A stretch of 64,000 nt of DNA from Deltaproteobacteria bacterium (GTDB lineage Bacteria; Desulfobacterota; Syntrophia; Syntrophales; UBA2210): NCBI GenBank assembly GCA_016933965.1, contig JAFGTS010000044.1:59533-123532 (forward strand), read 5' to 3'. The notes below the pieces were generated by a model. The model worked only from the letters and a program-made list of their open reading frames with translations, had not been told where the DNA came from and ran no database searches. Below, piece after piece: positions 14,374 to 22,550 of the stretch (its first letter is position 1; each line of letters opens with the position of its first letter). The position numbers and the translations under genes were made by a program.

Positions 14374-14919
14374 ATGGGGGAAACAAACTCGACGAAGACA
14401 AAACAGGTTTCTTTGAAAACGGTGGACCAGGGAATAGTCTGTTATATCGGAGTCGGTTCGAATCTCGGCGAACCGGACGTCAACTGTCTCGAGGCGACGG
14501 CTCGCATGGAGGCATCGAAAGGGATCGATGTTCTGAGAAGATCGTCCCTGTACCGGACCGAACCGGTCGGTGATACCGGCGGGGACTGGTTCGTAAATGC
14601 CGTTGTCGAGGTCAGGGCGGTCGCTCAGCCGAAGGAGCTTCTGGAAATTCTTCAAGGGATCGAACATGCCATGGGCAGGGTTCGTGACCGGCGGTGGGGA
14701 CCCCGTGTCATCGATCTTGATATTCTTTTTTACGGTCAGAATATCCTTACCGAGGAGGCATTGACCATACCCCATCCCGAATTGCACCGAAGGGCCTTTG
14801 TGCTCGTACCGCTGATCGAGATAGCGCCCTATGTGATACATCCCGTTTTCGGGGTATCCGTCAAAGGGCTGCTCTCGAGGCTTTCCTCGACGGAAGCGGT
14901 TGAAGTTCTTTCGCTGTAA
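14374..14919 (+). CDS. folK: 2-amino-4-hydroxy-6-hydroxymethyldihydropteridine pyrophosphokinase (HPPK)
   Basis: ORF 14293..14919; YIGVGSNLGEP...LYRTEPVG...GPRVIDLDIL motifs; start uncertain (ATG 14374 or GTG 14422). Confidence 0.85.
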   Translation: MGETNSTKTKQVSLKTVDQGIVCYIGVGSNLGEPDVNCLEATARMEASKGIDVLRRSSLYRTEPVGDTGGDWFVNAVVEVRAVAQPKELLEILQGIEHAMGRVRDRRWGPRVIDLDILFYGQNILTEEALTIPHPELHRRAFVLVPLIEIAPYVIHPVFGVSVKGLLSRLSSTEAVEVLSL

Positions 14920-14977
14920 GTTCGGTGCCGGACGTCCGGGCATTACGGGAACCTGTGGATGTGATGGTGTAGGATCC

Positions 14978-15253
14978 ATGATCTTTCGTTTACTGCTTGC
15001 AATCATTATTGTTTATCTGATATACCGTCTCGCAAGGTCACTGGTGCCGGCCGGGGGTACGCGGGGTCGGCGTGAGAGAAAGATCGCGCCCGCCGGGCCG
15101 GGTGAGGAACTTGTTCAGGACCCGTACTGCGGCACCTATGTGCCGATCAGTGATGCCTATCGGGTCAGTGACGGGGGGAAAACCCTTTTTTTCTGCAGCG
15201 AGGAATGCTGGCGGAAATACCATGATGCACAAAAGGGCGGACAGGAAGGATAG
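14978..15253 (+). CDS. Small membrane-anchored TRASH/YHS-type metal-binding domain protein
   Basis: ORF 14900..15253; ATG 14978 gives one N-terminal TM helix (IFRLLLAIIIVYLIY) followed by DPYCGTYV...FFCSEECWRKY, a YHS/TRASH-like Cys motif. Confidence 0.55.
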   Translation: MIFRLLLAIIIVYLIYRLARSLVPAGGTRGRRERKIAPAGPGEELVQDPYCGTYVPISDAYRVSDGGKTLFFCSEECWRKYHDAQKGGQEG

Positions 15254-15276
15254 AACACTGCGGTGAGGGACAGTAA

Positions 15277-15924
15277 ATGAAGTTTTTTCTTGATACGGGG
15301 AATATCGATGAGATCAGGGAAGGGATTGAGCTTGGAATGGTCGACGGCGTGACGACGAACCCTACCCTGGTAGCGAAGGAGAACAAGGATTTCGATACGG
15401 TCGTCGAGGAGATCCTGAAAATAGTGAAAGGCCCCGTGAGCCTGGAAGTTGTGAGCGAAGATGCGGCGGGAATGGTGGAGGAGGGCAGGAAACTTGCCGG
15501 CCGTGCCGAAAACGTGGCGGTGAAGGTCCCGCTGACGACGGAGGGGCTGAAGGCGACCAAGGTCCTCTCCGAAACGGGCATCGCCGTCAATCAGACCCTG
15601 GTCTTTTCACCCCTGCAGGCCCTGCTCGCGGCAAAGGCGGGGGCGTCATATGTGAGTCCCTTCATCGGGAGACTTGATGACATATCCCAGCGGGGAATGG
15701 AACTGGTGGAGCAGATCATCACCATTTTCGACAACTACGGATACGATAGCGAAGTGATCGTGGCGAGCGTCAGGAATCCCGTTCATGTCCTGGATGCGGC
15801 CCTGATCGGAGCCGATATCGTCACCATGCCCTTCAAGGTAATGACGCAACTTGCCAGACATCCCTTGACGGATATAGGGATCGAGCGGTTTCTCGCTGAC
15901 TGGCGGAAGGTGCCGAAAAAATAG
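15277..15924 (+). CDS. tal: Transaldolase / fructose-6-phosphate aldolase (short type 3B)
   Basis: 215 aa; [13 protein letters not shown]...GVTTNPTL and the Schiff-base Lys region VKVP. Confidence 0.9.
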   Translation: MKFFLDTGNIDEIREGIELGMVDGVTTNPTLVAKENKDFDTVVEEILKIVKGPVSLEVVSEDAAGMVEEGRKLAGRAENVAVKVPLTTEGLKATKVLSETGIAVNQTLVFSPLQALLAAKAGASYVSPFIGRLDDISQRGMELVEQIITIFDNYGYDSEVIVASVRNPVHVLDAALIGADIVTMPFKVMTQLARHPLTDIGIERFLADWRKVPKK

Positions 15925-15925
15925 C

Positions 15926-16534
15926 ATGATGGATTTTGTTAAGAATTACTTTGATAAACTTCCCATATCGCGGCGCAACAGGGAGATCGTGAATCTGCCG
16001 AACTGCATCTCACTGCTGCGGATCGGCGTCATTCCGATCCTCTTCCTCCTGCTTCTGTCGCCGGGAAGGATACTCAGCCTCATCATTGCCTTCTTTTTTA
16101 TCGTGGCCGCCCTGACGGATCTGGTGGACGGCTATATCGCGCGGAAATATGACATGGTCACCACCCTGGGCAAATTCCTCGATCCCGTGGCGGACAAGCT
16201 GATAGTCAGCGCCGCCATGATCCTGATGATCCCCATCGGCCGGATCCCCGTATGGATGGTAGTCGTTATCGTTATGCGGGACCTGATGGTCGACGGGCTC
16301 AGAAGCGTCGCGTCGGCCGAGGGTATCGTGATCCCCGCCGGAGCCCTTGGCAAACAGAAAACGATCTGTATCGACATCGCGATATCGGCCCTTTTGATCC
16401 ATTATCCCCTCTTCGGTCTCAACGCGCATGGCGTGGGGATCGCCCTCATGTATGTCGGCGTGGTCCTGGCCGTCTGGTCCGCCGTGAATTACTTCAGGGA
16501 GTTTCACCGGGAGACCTTTACGAATCGACAATAG
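15926..16534 (+). CDS. pgsA: CDP-diacylglycerol--glycerol-3-phosphate 3-phosphatidyltransferase
   Basis: 202 aa membrane protein; CDP-alcohol phosphatidyltransferase motif DLVDGYIARK....G.FLDPVADK. Confidence 0.85.
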   Translation: MMDFVKNYFDKLPISRRNREIVNLPNCISLLRIGVIPILFLLLLSPGRILSLIIAFFFIVAALTDLVDGYIARKYDMVTTLGKFLDPVADKLIVSAAMILMIPIGRIPVWMVVVIVMRDLMVDGLRSVASAEGIVIPAGALGKQKTICIDIAISALLIHYPLFGLNAHGVGIALMYVGVVLAVWSAVNYFREFHRETFTNRQ

Positions 16535-16558
16535 ACGGTCTTTCATGAAAAGTTTTTA

Positions 16559-16587
16559 TTGACAATTGAAAGGTATTCTACTATTAA
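16559..16587 (+). promoter_or_regulatory. sigma70-type promoter for the tRNA-Gly/tRNA-Cys pair
   Basis: TTGACA (16559-16564), 17-nt spacer, TATTAA (16582-16587); about 13 nt upstream of the mature tRNA 5' end. Confidence 0.55.
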
Positions 16588-16600
16588 CGAAACCCTCTGA

Positions 16601-16675
16601 GCGGGCGTAACTCAGCGGTAGAGTGCCACCTTGCCAAGGTGGACGTCGACGGTTCGAATCCGTTCGCCCGCTCCA
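16601..16675 (+). tRNA. tRNA-Gly (anticodon GCC), CCA encoded
   Basis: Hand-folded cloverleaf: acceptor gcgggcg/cgcccgc, anticodon arm ccacc-ttGCCaa-ggtgg, T-arm cgacg? region with ggttcgaatcc loop, terminal tcca. Confidence 0.93.
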
Positions 16676-16688
16676 ATTTATTTATACG

Positions 16689-16764
16689 GGCGGCATAGCC
16701 AAGTGGCTAAGGCAGCGGTCTGCAAAACCGTTATTCACCGGTTCGAATCCGGTTGCCGCCTCCA
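16689..16764 (+). tRNA. tRNA-Cys (anticodon GCA), CCA encoded
   Basis: Acceptor ggcggca/tgccgcc, anticodon arm gcggt-ctGCAaa-accgt, T-loop ggttcgaatcc, terminal tcca. Confidence 0.93.
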
Positions 16765-16775
16765 GTGATATCAAG

Positions 16776-16809
16776 GACCTGCCTGTAACAAGGCAGGTCC
16801 TTCCTTTTT
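16776..16809 (+). terminator. Rho-independent terminator after the tRNA pair
   Basis: 9-bp stem gacctgcct/aggcaggtc with a 6-nt loop, followed by cttccttttt. Confidence 0.8.
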
Positions 16810-17018
16810 GTACACCGCTCAACCGTTACCAAGCATTCTGACGGCAAGGCAAAGCGATGGATCGGCAGTGTGAAGGTAACAACCTCTTCGGGTCCGAGAT
16901 CAAAGAGAAACCTTGCTTCATCAACAAATATCTATTAGAAATAGTGTTTATCCGAGGTTTTACGGACCGGCAGGTGGGACTGTCGGAATCATTTGGAAAG
17001 GAATGTGGTGAGGGACAA

Positions 17019-17291
17019 ATGGACTTAAAGGTACTCTTGATGGTGTTTGGAGCGATTTTTGTTGCCGAGCTTGGTGACAAAACGCAGCTTGCGACACTTC
17101 TCTTCGCCACCGACCGTGAGGTCAGCAAGCTCGTCGTTTTCATCGGTGCCTCCCTGGCGCTGATCATGACGTCGGCGATCGGTGTCCTGGCGGGAAGTCT
17201 TCTTTCCAACTATATAAACGAAAAGTACCTTGCCTATGCGGCGGGTATCGGATTTATCGTCATCGGTATCTGGACCATTGCCAGGGCATAG
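17019..17291 (+). CDS. UPF0016 (GDT1/TMEM165) family half-size membrane protein, putative Mn2+/Ca2+ transporter subunit
   Basis: ORF 16857..17291; ATG 17019 gives 90 aa with 3 TM segments and the family signature AELGDKTQ (E-x-G-D-K-T). Confidence 0.75.
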   Translation: MDLKVLLMVFGAIFVAELGDKTQLATLLFATDREVSKLVVFIGASLALIMTSAIGVLAGSLLSNYINEKYLAYAAGIGFIVIGIWTIARA

Positions 17292-17396
17292 CGGATCATA
17301 TGAAGGACTGTACGGTGCATATCAAGAAATCATCTGAGCGATCGTTTCCATCATCCTGTCAGATAAAGAGATTGCTTTTTCAGTGAGAAACCGATA

Positions 17397-17421
17397 CATC
17401 TGTTACAATTGACAACAGATG
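17397..17421 (+). promoter_or_regulatory. Palindromic operator overlapping an extended -10 (TGtTACAAT)
   Basis: catctgtt-N9-aacagatg perfect 8-bp inverted repeat; TG-n-TACAAT at 17401-17409 lies inside it; about 30 nt upstream of the RHH-like ORF. Confidence 0.4.
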
Positions 17422-17451
17422 ATGATTGCTGTCACATGTTACGGAGGAGCC

Positions 17452-17733
17452 ATGGGGTTACCGGGCAAAGAGCGCCAGAGAAAATACGTGGAGAAACGAC
17501 GGGCGGAGGGGAAACGCTCGGTGACAATCCTTATATCACATGTGACAAAGGATATTCTCGATTCCGAGCGTGCCGTGTCGGGTGAGACCTTTTCATCGAT
17601 CATTGAAAAGGCGCTTCTGGTGTATCGGGGACACCGGAAACCGGTCAAGGGGGAAAAAACCGGAAAGATACCAGCGGACAAGGGGGAAGAAAAGGCGGAG
17701 CGGCTCGGCGAGCAGGGTACCTTCGAATTTTGA
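17452..17733 (+). CDS. Small ribbon-helix-helix-like hypothetical protein
   Basis: ORF 17419..17733; SD ggaggag at 17443-17449 favours ATG 17452; KRSVTILISHVTKDILD...FSSIIEKALL fits a beta-strand/helix/helix RHH layout; Lys/Glu-rich tail. Confidence 0.4.
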   Translation: MGLPGKERQRKYVEKRRAEGKRSVTILISHVTKDILDSERAVSGETFSSIIEKALLVYRGHRKPVKGEKTGKIPADKGEEKAERLGEQGTFEF

Positions 17734-17814
17734 TCTTCACGCCGCGCCGTATGCTTTCCAGGGGGCCTGAGAGGCCGATGGTTTTTCGACCCCCATGAAA
17801 CAATGGATTGAAAA

Positions 17815-17847
17815 GGGGCACCCGCCACAGGGCGGGCGCCCCTTTTT
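17815..17847. terminator. Bidirectional rho-independent terminator between convergent genes
   Basis: ggggcacccgcc-acag-ggcgggcgcccc stem (one mismatch), flanked by aaaa on the 5' side and ttttt on the 3' side. Confidence 0.75.
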
Positions 17848-17901
17848 CATTTCAGATGGTAACGGCTCTGTCGGCTTCGGAATACGGAAGCCGCCGTACC
17901 G

Positions 17902-19599
17902 CTATTTTTCAATACCCTTTGCCATGACCTTTTTCAGCTCGCGCTTGAGCACCTTGCCGACACCGCTGGTGGGAAGCTCGTTCATGAACTCGATGACCTT
18001 CGGTACCTTGTAGGGGGCCATGTTTTCACGCATGAATGTCAGGAGTTTTGCCTTTTCCGCTTCATCGCGCGCCACACCGGGCTTGAGAACGATGGCCACT
18101 CCCACCCGCTCAGAACCCGGTCTTGCGGGATCGGGTATACCGACCGAGGCGGCCATGTCGACGTCAGGGTGTTTTGAAAGAACGTCATCGAGCTCGCGGG
18201 TGAATACCTTGAACCCGGAGACAATGACCATATCTTTCACCCGGTCGACGATGTAAAAGTATCCGTCCTCGTCCATCTTGGCCACGTCTCCCGTGAACAT
18301 CCAGCCGTCCCTGACGGCGTTGGCGGTTTCCTCCGGTTTTCCGTGATAACCCGTCATGAGCTGTGGACCACGGACGGCGATCTCGCCGGGTTCCCCGAGT
18401 TTCGCCGGCTGCCCCGTTTCGGGATCGATGAGCTTGAATTCCGTGTCGGGCATGGGCATGCCGATGGATGCCGGTTTTTTTGTCCCGTAACGGGGATTGC
18501 AGCAACTTACCGGTGATGTTTCGGTCATGCCGTAGAGTTCAATGAAACGGTTCTTGCCGATGACGCTTTCGAGCTCACCGATATAGTCGGGCGGGAAGGG
18601 TGCCGCCGCGCTCAGGCACCATTTGACACCGCTGAGGTCCAGTTCCTTGAATGCCGGTCGTTTCATCAGTTCAAAGAACACGGTCGGCACGTTCACGATG
18701 ATGGTCGGTTTGTTCGCCTTTATGGCCTTGATAATGAATTCAGAATCCCGGGGATTGGGAACACAGATCTGGGTGGCTCCGTAGGTCATGGAAAATCCAC
18801 CCAGGGCGAGCCCGGCGATGTGAAAGAGCGGAAATGCGGACAGGGCGACCTCTTCCGGTACCATGTCGAGCCACTTCAAAACCTGGAGGCGATTGGACAT
18901 GTAACCGCGATGGGTAAGAACGGCGCCCTTTGCGGGACCTGTCGTTCCACCGGTATACATCATGAATATGGTGTCATCAAAGGTTCGCTTGATATTGACG
19001 GGTTCCGTCGGCATTCCCCGAATGGCGTCCATGAAGCGGATAACGGTCTTTCCCGCGAGAGGGGTTACTTCCGCAGTCGGGATCTTTTTCAGGAGCTTGC
19101 CGAGGACACGTTTCACTCCGGGAAGAAAATCGGCGACCTCCGCGACGATGACCGTCGAGAATTTCGTTTTCCCGGCAACTTCGGCGATCTTTTCATACAG
19201 GAGATCGATGGTCATGATCACTTTCGCGCCGGAGTCGTTCAACTGGTGTTCCATCTCATATGGTGTAAGAAGCGGGCTCAGGCCGGTCGAGACGCATCCC
19301 GCCTTCTGTACCCCGACAATACCGATGTAGTGGGCCGGTATATTCGGCATGTGGAGCCCGACGACGTCATCGGGTTTGAGACCGATCTTGATCAGGTATT
19401 GGGCGAGCTGATTCGACAGCAGGTCGAGCTCCCGGTATGTGATATGTTTGCCCATGTAGATCAAGGCCGTCTTGTCAGGATATTTTGAGACGACGTCCTT
19501 GAATTGTTCCGCGAACGTCTTTTCCTCATAGGTCAGTGTGGGAGGGACATGTTTGTCGTAATGTTTCAACCATGGTTTTTCCGCATAGATATCGCTCAT
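17902..19599 (-). CDS. Long-chain/medium-chain acyl-CoA synthetase (AMP-forming, ANL superfamily)
   Basis: 565 aa; AMP-binding motif MYTGGTTGPAKGA, later TGD and GWMFTGD motifs, C-terminal PTSGVGKVLKREL. Confidence 0.88.
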   Translation of the reverse strand: MSDIYAEKPWLKHYDKHVPPTLTYEEKTFAEQFKDVVSKYPDKTALIYMGKHITYRELDLLSNQLAQYLIKIGLKPDDVVGLHMPNIPAHYIGIVGVQKAGCVSTGLSPLLTPYEMEHQLNDSGAKVIMTIDLLYEKIAEVAGKTKFSTVIVAEVADFLPGVKRVLGKLLKKIPTAEVTPLAGKTVIRFMDAIRGMPTEPVNIKRTFDDTIFMMYTGGTTGPAKGAVLTHRGYMSNRLQVLKWLDMVPEEVALSAFPLFHIAGLALGGFSMTYGATQICVPNPRDSEFIIKAIKANKPTIIVNVPTVFFELMKRPAFKELDLSGVKWCLSAAAPFPPDYIGELESVIGKNRFIELYGMTETSPVSCCNPRYGTKKPASIGMPMPDTEFKLIDPETGQPAKLGEPGEIAVRGPQLMTGYHGKPEETANAVRDGWMFTGDVAKMDEDGYFYIVDRVKDMVIVSGFKVFTRELDDVLSKHPDVDMAASVGIPDPARPGSERVGVAIVLKPGVARDEAEKAKLLTFMRENMAPYKVPKVIEFMNELPTSGVGKVLKRELKKVMAKGIEK

Positions 19600-19671
19600 A
19601 CCTCAACCCCCTTTTGTGAAATTTCACGTGGCCATGCGATCACACCGCACATGGCGATTCACCACTCTCTT

Positions 19672-19716
19672 TTTTCATGGCGATGCGCTTTCCTTCCGTG
19701 CATCGCGGCATGAAAA
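19672..19716. promoter_or_regulatory. 15-bp imperfect inverted repeat (candidate operator or leader hairpin) upstream of the acyl-CoA synthetase
   Basis: ttttcatggcgatgc (19672-19686) pairs with gcatcgc-gg-catgaaaa (19700-19716), with a 2-nt bulge and 13-nt loop; related half-sites catgcgatcac (19633) and catggcgattcac (19650). Confidence 0.3.
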
Positions 19717-20023
19717 TCACAAAGAAACCTTCTATTCAAAGGGCTGCCGCCGGCCGTGTTGTGTGACGCCCTCGGACGTCGGGCCCGTTACAGGAATGGT
19801 AGTCGTGAGATGATGCTTCTCTTTCAAGAAACCCTGTTTATACAAAAAAACCAGAGCGTGCCGATAGAGATGTCGCTGACCTCTTGAACACGAGCCGGGT
19901 TCCCGCGTGAAGAGGAGTGCGAATACGATGTTGTGTACGAGATGTCTACTCATACTATATTCCGGCGATAAAATGCCAGTAATTTGTTTCAGGTGCTCAG
20001 CACGTCCGCATGCCGCGCAGGGG

Positions 20024-20056
20024 AAAAAAAAGGGGTGAGGCCGCCGGCCTCACCCC
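20024..20056 (-). terminator. Rho-independent terminator downstream of the nitronate monooxygenase-like gene
   Basis: 11-bp stem ggggtgaggcc/ggcctcacccc with a 3-nt loop; on the minus strand it is followed by an 8-nt U run (plus-strand aaaaaaaa 20024-20031). Confidence 0.8.
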
Positions 20057-20076
20057 TGTGATACCCATATTTTCCT

Positions 20077-21066
20077 TTATCCTTTGATCTTTGCCTGTAC
20101 CGCGGCGATCTGTTCTTCCGCTTCTTCGGTGATTCGTTTTACCAACTCTCCCACACTGGGAATATCGTGGATCAGGCCGATGGACTGTCCCACCATCATG
20201 GGGGCGTAATCGACATCACCCGATTCCCAGGCCTTTACAATGCGATCCCCCGTTATCAGAGGAAGGATGGCCTCGAGGCCGCCGCCCTGGGCCTCCACTT
20301 CGAGGATGTTTTCCACGTTAATGTTCCGGAGCGCCCGTGCCTGCAGGTGGATGGTCTTGCAGATGAGAGTGGTTTCGAACTCCTGCCTCCTGATGAGTTC
20401 CTGCTTGATGTTGTCATGGACGTTGCATTCCTTCGTCGCCATGAACCGGCTTCCCATCATGACCCCGTCGGCACCGAGCATCAACGCCGCCGCCAGGTTT
20501 TTCCCGTTGGCTATACCGCCCACGGTGACAACGGGTAGGTTCGTTTCCTCCTTGATCCTCGGCGTGAGCACCATGGAGGTGACGTCGTCATTCAGCGGAT
20601 GCCCGCCTTCTTCGATGCCGGCGGCGTAGACGCCGTCATACCCTGCCTTCATGGCGTGGACGGCATGTCGAACGGAACCGACCTTATGGAACATCCGGAC
20701 ACCCGCCTTTTTGAGCATTTCCACATATTCGGGACCGCAGGCCTTGTCCGCGGGGGCGCCCGAAAACTCGATCCCCGCCACCTTCTCTTCAGCACAGACG
20801 CGGACGTACATCTTGTAATGTTCACCGGTGATGCGCACTGAGGGAAGGATGGTCACCCCGACCATGAAGGGGTTGTCCGTGAGGCTCCTCGTCTCCCTGA
20901 TGGCGGCCCTGAAATCTTCTTCAGTCTCATAGTTCGCGGCCGTCAGGTTGCCCATGGCCCCCGCGTTCGAAATTGCTGCGCAAAATGGTGGTTTGCAGAG
21001 CCACATCATGGCGCCGCAGATGATCGGGTACGTGATGCCGAACATTTCAGTGATGGCGGTCTTCAT
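20077..21066 (-). CDS. Nitronate monooxygenase / FabK-like FMN-dependent oxidoreductase (NMO family)
   Basis: ORF 20077..21132; conserved N-terminus MKTAITEMFGITYPIICGAM starts at M23 (ATG 21066, SD aaaggagag upstream); TIM-barrel NMO pattern GGIANG. Confidence 0.8.
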   Translation of the reverse strand: MKTAITEMFGITYPIICGAMMWLCKPPFCAAISNAGAMGNLTAANYETEEDFRAAIRETRSLTDNPFMVGVTILPSVRITGEHYKMYVRVCAEEKVAGIEFSGAPADKACGPEYVEMLKKAGVRMFHKVGSVRHAVHAMKAGYDGVYAAGIEEGGHPLNDDVTSMVLTPRIKEETNLPVVTVGGIANGKNLAAALMLGADGVMMGSRFMATKECNVHDNIKQELIRRQEFETTLICKTIHLQARALRNINVENILEVEAQGGGLEAILPLITGDRIVKAWESGDVDYAPMMVGQSIGLIHDIPSVGELVKRITEEAEEQIAAVQAKIKG

Positions 21067-21100
21067 AGCAGTTCTCTCCTTTTCTTTTCTGCACATAATG

Positions 21101-21138
21101 AAAAGGGGCTGAAAGTCCTCTGGAAGACTCACAACCCC
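21101..21138 (-). terminator. Probable terminator after the tRNA-Arg/tRNA-Lys pair
   Basis: On the minus strand, a long imperfect hairpin ggggttgtgagtcttc...gaggactttcagcccc followed by tttt. Confidence 0.45.
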
Positions 21139-21148
21139 TGAAGTTTCA

Positions 21149-21225
21149 TGGTGGGCCCTGTCGGGTTCGAACCGACGACCTACTGATTAAGAGTCAGTTG
21201 CTGCTACCAGCTGAGCTAAGGGCCC
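21149..21225 (-). tRNA. tRNA-Lys (anticodon CTT), CCA encoded
   Basis: Reverse complement folds: acceptor gggccct/agggccc, anticodon arm actga-ctCTTaa-tcagt, T-arm gtcgg-ttcgaac-ccgac, acca end. Confidence 0.92.
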
Positions 21226-21261
21226 ACATTGGTATTTATCCCAGCAATGCGGGTTCATGTC

Positions 21262-21338
21262 TGGTGCGCCCGGTAGGATTCGAACCTACGACCAACAGAT
21301 TCGAAGTCTGCCACTCTATCCAGCTGAGCTACGGGCGC
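21262..21338 (-). tRNA. tRNA-Arg (anticodon TCG), CCA encoded
   Basis: Reverse complement folds: acceptor gcgcccg/cgggcgc, anticodon arm gcaga-ctTCGaa-tctgt, T-arm gtagg-ttcgaat-cctac, acca end. Confidence 0.92.
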
Positions 21339-21451
21339 CGCTGTTCACAGCTCGTTAGACAGTAGAAGCGTGAGAACCATTACCGAACAACGTTATCAAA
21401 ACCGGTAAAAACAGTTTCAAAGAGGTATGCGCGTCAGCAATCAGGTTCCCC

Positions 21452-21480
21452 TATTTAGACTGTTGGGTTTCTTTCGTCAA
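21452..21480 (-). promoter_or_regulatory. Candidate sigma70 promoter for the tRNA-Arg/Lys pair
   Basis: Minus strand reads TTGACG (21480-21475), 17 nt, TAAATA (21457-21452); lies just downstream of the ABC ATPase stop. Confidence 0.35.
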
Positions 21481-21483
21481 GAA

Positions 21484-22503
21484 TTATTTTGACCGTTCCG
21501 GGGGTGCCTGAAGATGACATGCCGAATGATGTCCGCCGCCTCTGTCCGTGAGGACCGGTTCGACCTGCCGGCAGATATCCATTCTATAGGGACATCGCGG
21601 GTGAAACAGACATCCCTTCGGCAGATCGATGGGACTGGGAATATCTCCCGTGAGGCAAACCGGTTTCTTTTTGCGCGCCGGGTCGGGCACCGGCACCGCT
21701 GAAAGGAGGGTTTCCGTGTATGGATGGCGGGGTGACGCATACACCTGCTCGGCCGCGCCGAGTTCAACGATCATGCCGAGGTACATGACGGCGATCCGGT
21801 CGCTCATGTGACCGACGACACCCAGGTCGTGACTGATGAAAAGATAGGTGAGCTCAAAGCTGTCCTGGAGGTCTTTCAGCAGATTGAGGATCTGTGCCTG
21901 TATCGACACATCGAGGGCGGAAACGGGCTCGTCGGCGATGATGATATCGGGATCCAGTGCAAGGGCCCGGGCGATCCCGATCCGCTGGCGCTGTCCGCCG
22001 CTGAACTCATGGGGGTAACGTCCCATCTGTTCCCGCGAGAGTCCCACCACTTCCAGGAGGCGGGCCACGCGCGCTTCCCGTTCTTTCCCCCGGGCGAGGT
22101 CATGTATGAAGAGCGGTTCTCCCACGATGTCGGCGGCGCACATGCGGGGATTGAGCGAGGAAAAGGGGTCCTGGAATATGATCTGGACCGCTTTGCGGTA
22201 TTCTTTTAACCGGGCCTTCCCGAAACGGAGGATGTCTTCTCCCCTGAATCGGGCGGACCCGCCGGTCGGTTCTTCGAGCCGGGCGAGGATCCTGCCCAGG
22301 GTCGTTTTCCCGCACCCCGATTCGCCGACCAGGCCGAGGGTCTCACCGCGGAAGATCTGAAGGTTTACGCCGTTGAGCGCCTTGACGCTCCGGCTCTCAC
22401 CCGAGAGAAATCCGCCCGTGACGGGGAAGTATTTCTTCACATCTCTGATGTCCAGCAGCGGTTCCACAATAATCTCCCGGTACTGATATAACCGGAGCGA
22501 CAT
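21484..22503 (-). CDS. Peptide/nickel ABC transporter ATP-binding protein (DppF/OppF-like)
   Basis: 339 aa; Walker [10 protein letters not shown], signature FSGGQRQR, Walker B IIADEP, C-terminal oligopeptide-ABC Cys/His extension. Confidence 0.88.
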   Translation of the reverse strand: MSLRLYQYREIIVEPLLDIRDVKKYFPVTGGFLSGESRSVKALNGVNLQIFRGETLGLVGESGCGKTTLGRILARLEEPTGGSARFRGEDILRFGKARLKEYRKAVQIIFQDPFSSLNPRMCAADIVGEPLFIHDLARGKEREARVARLLEVVGLSREQMGRYPHEFSGGQRQRIGIARALALDPDIIIADEPVSALDVSIQAQILNLLKDLQDSFELTYLFISHDLGVVGHMSDRIAVMYLGMIVELGAAEQVYASPRHPYTETLLSAVPVPDPARKKKPVCLTGDIPSPIDLPKGCLFHPRCPYRMDICRQVEPVLTDRGGGHHSACHLQAPPERSK

Positions 22504-22550
22504 GACCCCGGCCGTTCATTTCCGGCGGTCACCCGCCGCGGTCTTTCCTC

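Noticed and set aside
16810-17018. Looked for a yybP-ykoY (Mn2+) riboswitch upstream of the UPF0016 gene.
   Set aside because: The conserved blocks I remember (GGGGAGUAG on the 5' side, UUGACAUA and CAAGACC on the 3' side, in that order) are absent. Only loose, out-of-order resemblances occur (caaagagaaacc, catcaacaaata). A covariance-model scan is needed for a definitive answer.
19612-19627. CRP/FNR-like site TGTGA-N-TCAC upstream of the acyl-CoA synthetase.
   Set aside because: The spacer between the half-sites is 4 nt (tgtga-aatt-tcacg), not the 6 nt required for CRP/FNR-family sites. It is retained only as a generic palindrome in the upstream-region finding.
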